Part shown: positions 61,413-64,000 of the stretch, in pieces
How the letters are laid out: every line of letters starts with the position of its first letter
Position numbering within the stretch: the stretch's first letter is position 1
Assembly: GCF_964213995.1 (NCBI RefSeq)
Contig: NC_135815.1
Coordinates: 11,408,001-11,472,000, forward strand
Length of the DNA: 64,000 nucleotides
Source: Mustelus asterias
Lineage: Eukaryota
Reading direction: 5' to 3'
Made by a program: the position numbers and the translations under genes
Notes under the pieces: generated by a model
What the model saw: only the letters and a program-made list of their open reading frames with translations
Database searches by the model: none
Told to the model about the DNA's origin: nothing

Positions 61413-62060
61413 GATCCTTAAAGGCGGCAGCACAGGTGGAGAAGGTGGTGAAGAAGGCATATGGCATGCTTGCCTTTATTGGAGGGGGCATAGAATATAA
61501 AAGTTGGCATATGATGTTGCAGCTGTATAGAATGATGGTTAGGCCACATTTGGAATACTGCGTCCAGTTCTCGTCACCACACTACCAGAAGGACATGGAG
61601 GCTTTGGAGAGAGTACAGAGAAGGTTTACCAGGATGTTGCCTGGTATGGAGGGTCTTAGCTATGAGGAGAGATTGGGTAGACTGGGGTTGTTCTCCCTGG
61701 AAAGACGGAGGATGAGGGGTGACCTAATAGAGATGTATAAAATTATGAGGGGCATAGATAGGGTGAACGGTGGGAAGCTTTTTCCCAGGTCGGGGGTGAC
61801 GATCACGGGTTCAAGGTGAGGGGGGGGCAAGATTCAACACAGATGTCAGGGGGACGTATTTTACACAGAGGGTGGTGGGGGCCTGGAATGCGCTGCCAAG
61901 CAAGGTGATTGAGGCAGACACGCTGGGATCGTTTAAGACTTATCTAGATAACCACATGAACAGACTGGGAATAGAGGGATACAAAAGAATGGTCTCGTGG
62001 GCACATGAGCGGTGCAGGCTTGGAGGGCCGAAGGGCCTGTTCCTGTTCTGTATTGTTCTT
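61413..62060 (+). mobile_element. CR1 3' fragment
   Basis: QVEKVVKKAYGMLAFI...RPHLEYCVQF...; 3' UTR GGGCCGAAGGGCCTGTTCCTG. Confidence 0.92.
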
Positions 62061-62640
62061 GGTTGGGCTCCTGCACAATTTCAAGTAGTGTCATCTCCAA
62101 TCGCAAATATTAATGCTCTCCATGTATAGGGATAATATTGAATTTGGTAACAATGGCAAGTATTTGGAGTTGGAAAACAAAATTATTGTACAGTACAATG
62201 CTGCATTGGTGTGGTGTCGATACCTACACCCTTTCATGCACCGGCTTATTCCTGTGCTCTGAGTGACCTTTGACCTGTCCTGATTTGGCCCAAATGGGGC
62301 AAGATCCTAAATCCGGCACAGCTTAAATCCCGAGTTTGCATGTACCACAGTACAGAACACACTTTACTGTAATACCATACATTAAGCAGTGTGTGTCGTA
62401 AAATCATATGCAAATTAAAACTGAAACCACTTTTACAAAATTTAATGGAGTGTATTTTACACTTTTGCATATCAAAATTACCACTTCATTCTTGATGAGT
62501 AATGGTGTGCAGTATCAAGAGTTTGTTTACCGTAAAATTTTATTTTGATGTTTAAATCACTCATTTGTTCCATTTGGAATTTTTAAAAAAGCTTGTTATG
62601 AGTTTTTATGAACGCAATACATTGTCATGGATGAAATAGG

Positions 62641-63035
62641 GGTGATGGTGATGTAGTGGTAATGTCACTGGATTAATAATACAGACGATACAATGCTCTG
62701 GGGACGTGGGTTCAAATCCCACCAAGGCAGCTGGTGGAATCTAAATTTGGTTCATTAAAATCTGGAATTGAAAGCTTGTCTCAGTAATGATGACCGTGAA
62801 ACCATAACTGATTGTCGTAAAAACCCATGTGGTAACTAATGCCCTTTAGGGAAGGAAATCTGCCGTCCTTGCCTCATCTGGCTTACATGTGACTCAGATC
62901 CACTAATATGTGGTTGACTCTTAACTGTTCTCGGAAATGGCCCTGTAACCCATTTAATTCAAGGGAAATTAAGGATGGGCAACAAATTCTGGCCTTGCCA
63001 GCGATGCCCACATCCCATCGAGGAATAAAAAAAAA
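62641..63035 (+). mobile_element. tRNA-derived SINE, second family, near full length
   Basis: A/B boxes, conserved body, tail GGATGGGCAACAAAT..TGGCCTTGCCAGCGATGCCCACATCCCAT followed by an A-run. Confidence 0.82.
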
Positions 63036-64000
63036 TTTTAAACTTAAAATTAGTTGTGTAATTCCCATTTTCTTAAAGGCAGCATGCTTTCAGATGATGT
63101 TGAACTTTTATTCCATTGATGTTACCAATCACTGGATATGTCCTGTAGTTTGATTTGACTGAATTCCGAGCACAGGCAGTCATATCATATTGTAGTTATA
63201 TTGCAATGTAAGTATGTTATTAGTTACTTGAATGAAACTCTCTGCAGTTTATAGTTAGAATATTTTGGTTGGATTCTGATCTTGCACCACTATAACAGAA
63301 GTGATTATTGTAATTCAGACCAGTTCTAATAATTTTTCATTGAATTCGTTGAGGTTCAAGATTGTCTCGTCTAGTGATTAGCAATGTCCATGTGGGTATG
63401 GACTAAAAAAGTTGCAGTTTTGACTCCAAAGTGTGTGTTGAGTTTATTTGCCTCATGCTCAGGGACTGTAATACCACTATAACACAGTAGCAGTGGGTAA
63501 TCAAACCAGGGTTTCCACTCCGCACCCTTATTTGGAAGCATCTGGTAAATGGGTATGTGTGGAAGTCGTGAGAAAAGGGCTGGGTCAAGATTTCATCCCT
63601 TCAAATTATTCAGTAGTCTGTAGAAATTCTTGGTGTTCAGAAAAGTTGAATGATTATTTGGGCGAGGGAGCAGAGAGCTGCCAAGGTTTATGCACTAGGC
63701 CAACAGTCAGCGATTTTCCAAGGAGAGAAAATTGGAGGGGGAGGTGAGCATTTTATAGTATTTGAGCAGATTATTTGCTACCTTTTGGCCTTGAGCAATA
63801 AATTGTCATGGACCAATCTGGCAGCCATGTTGGCTGTTTCTCGCACTATGACTGGAACATCTGGAAGCCAATCAGTAATGCTTGATCATTCTGAGAGCCA
63901 GTCTATGTGCATACGCTGCACATCAACGTTTCAGAGCAATTATTACCCTTATTGCTCCAGATGTGCTTTCTAACCATGGTATAAATGAGACCATTCCCTC

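Noticed and set aside
61304-61819. 171-aa ORF as a novel chimeric protein
   Set aside because: Chance join of an antisense Penelope fragment and a sense CR1 fragment at about 61412.

Overview
This is eukaryotic, intron-rich genomic DNA. The repeat content (HE1-type V-SINEs, CR1/HER1-type LINEs, Deu-domain SINEs, Penelope fragments) points to a cartilaginous fish, most likely a shark; the species cannot be determined. I rebuilt four spliced genes by hand from GT-AG exons with consistent phases. (1) TTC13, minus strand, coding exons 1-10 (26341 down to 3875), continuing off the left edge. (2) ARV1, plus strand, complete, 5 exons, 240 aa (26643-36269), head-to-head with TTC13 across a 301-bp CpG-rich bidirectional promoter. 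(3) A complete 4-exon, 152-aa PDZ plus C-terminal tail-anchor gene (40364-56863) with the exon layout of SYNJ2BP/OMP25, but divergent and in an unexpected neighbourhood. (4) The CpG island and first coding exon of DESI2 (58455-58493). Much of the remainder is transposon-derived: CR1, Rex1/Babar, RTE, L2, Penelope, solo LTRs, a hAT MITE and several SINE families, often nested. Most interesting leads: the SYNJ2BP-like gene as a possible retained ohnolog; a young CR1 with an uninterrupted ~600-codon RT ORF joined directly to the ARV1 exon-1 splice donor; several minimal hammerhead-ribozyme motifs in Penelope termini; a repeat family headed by a U2 snRNA fragment; and one V-SINE body carrying two different LINE-like tails. 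Gene and family identities come from recalled homology, not database searches, and repeat boundaries are approximate unless a TSD is quoted.
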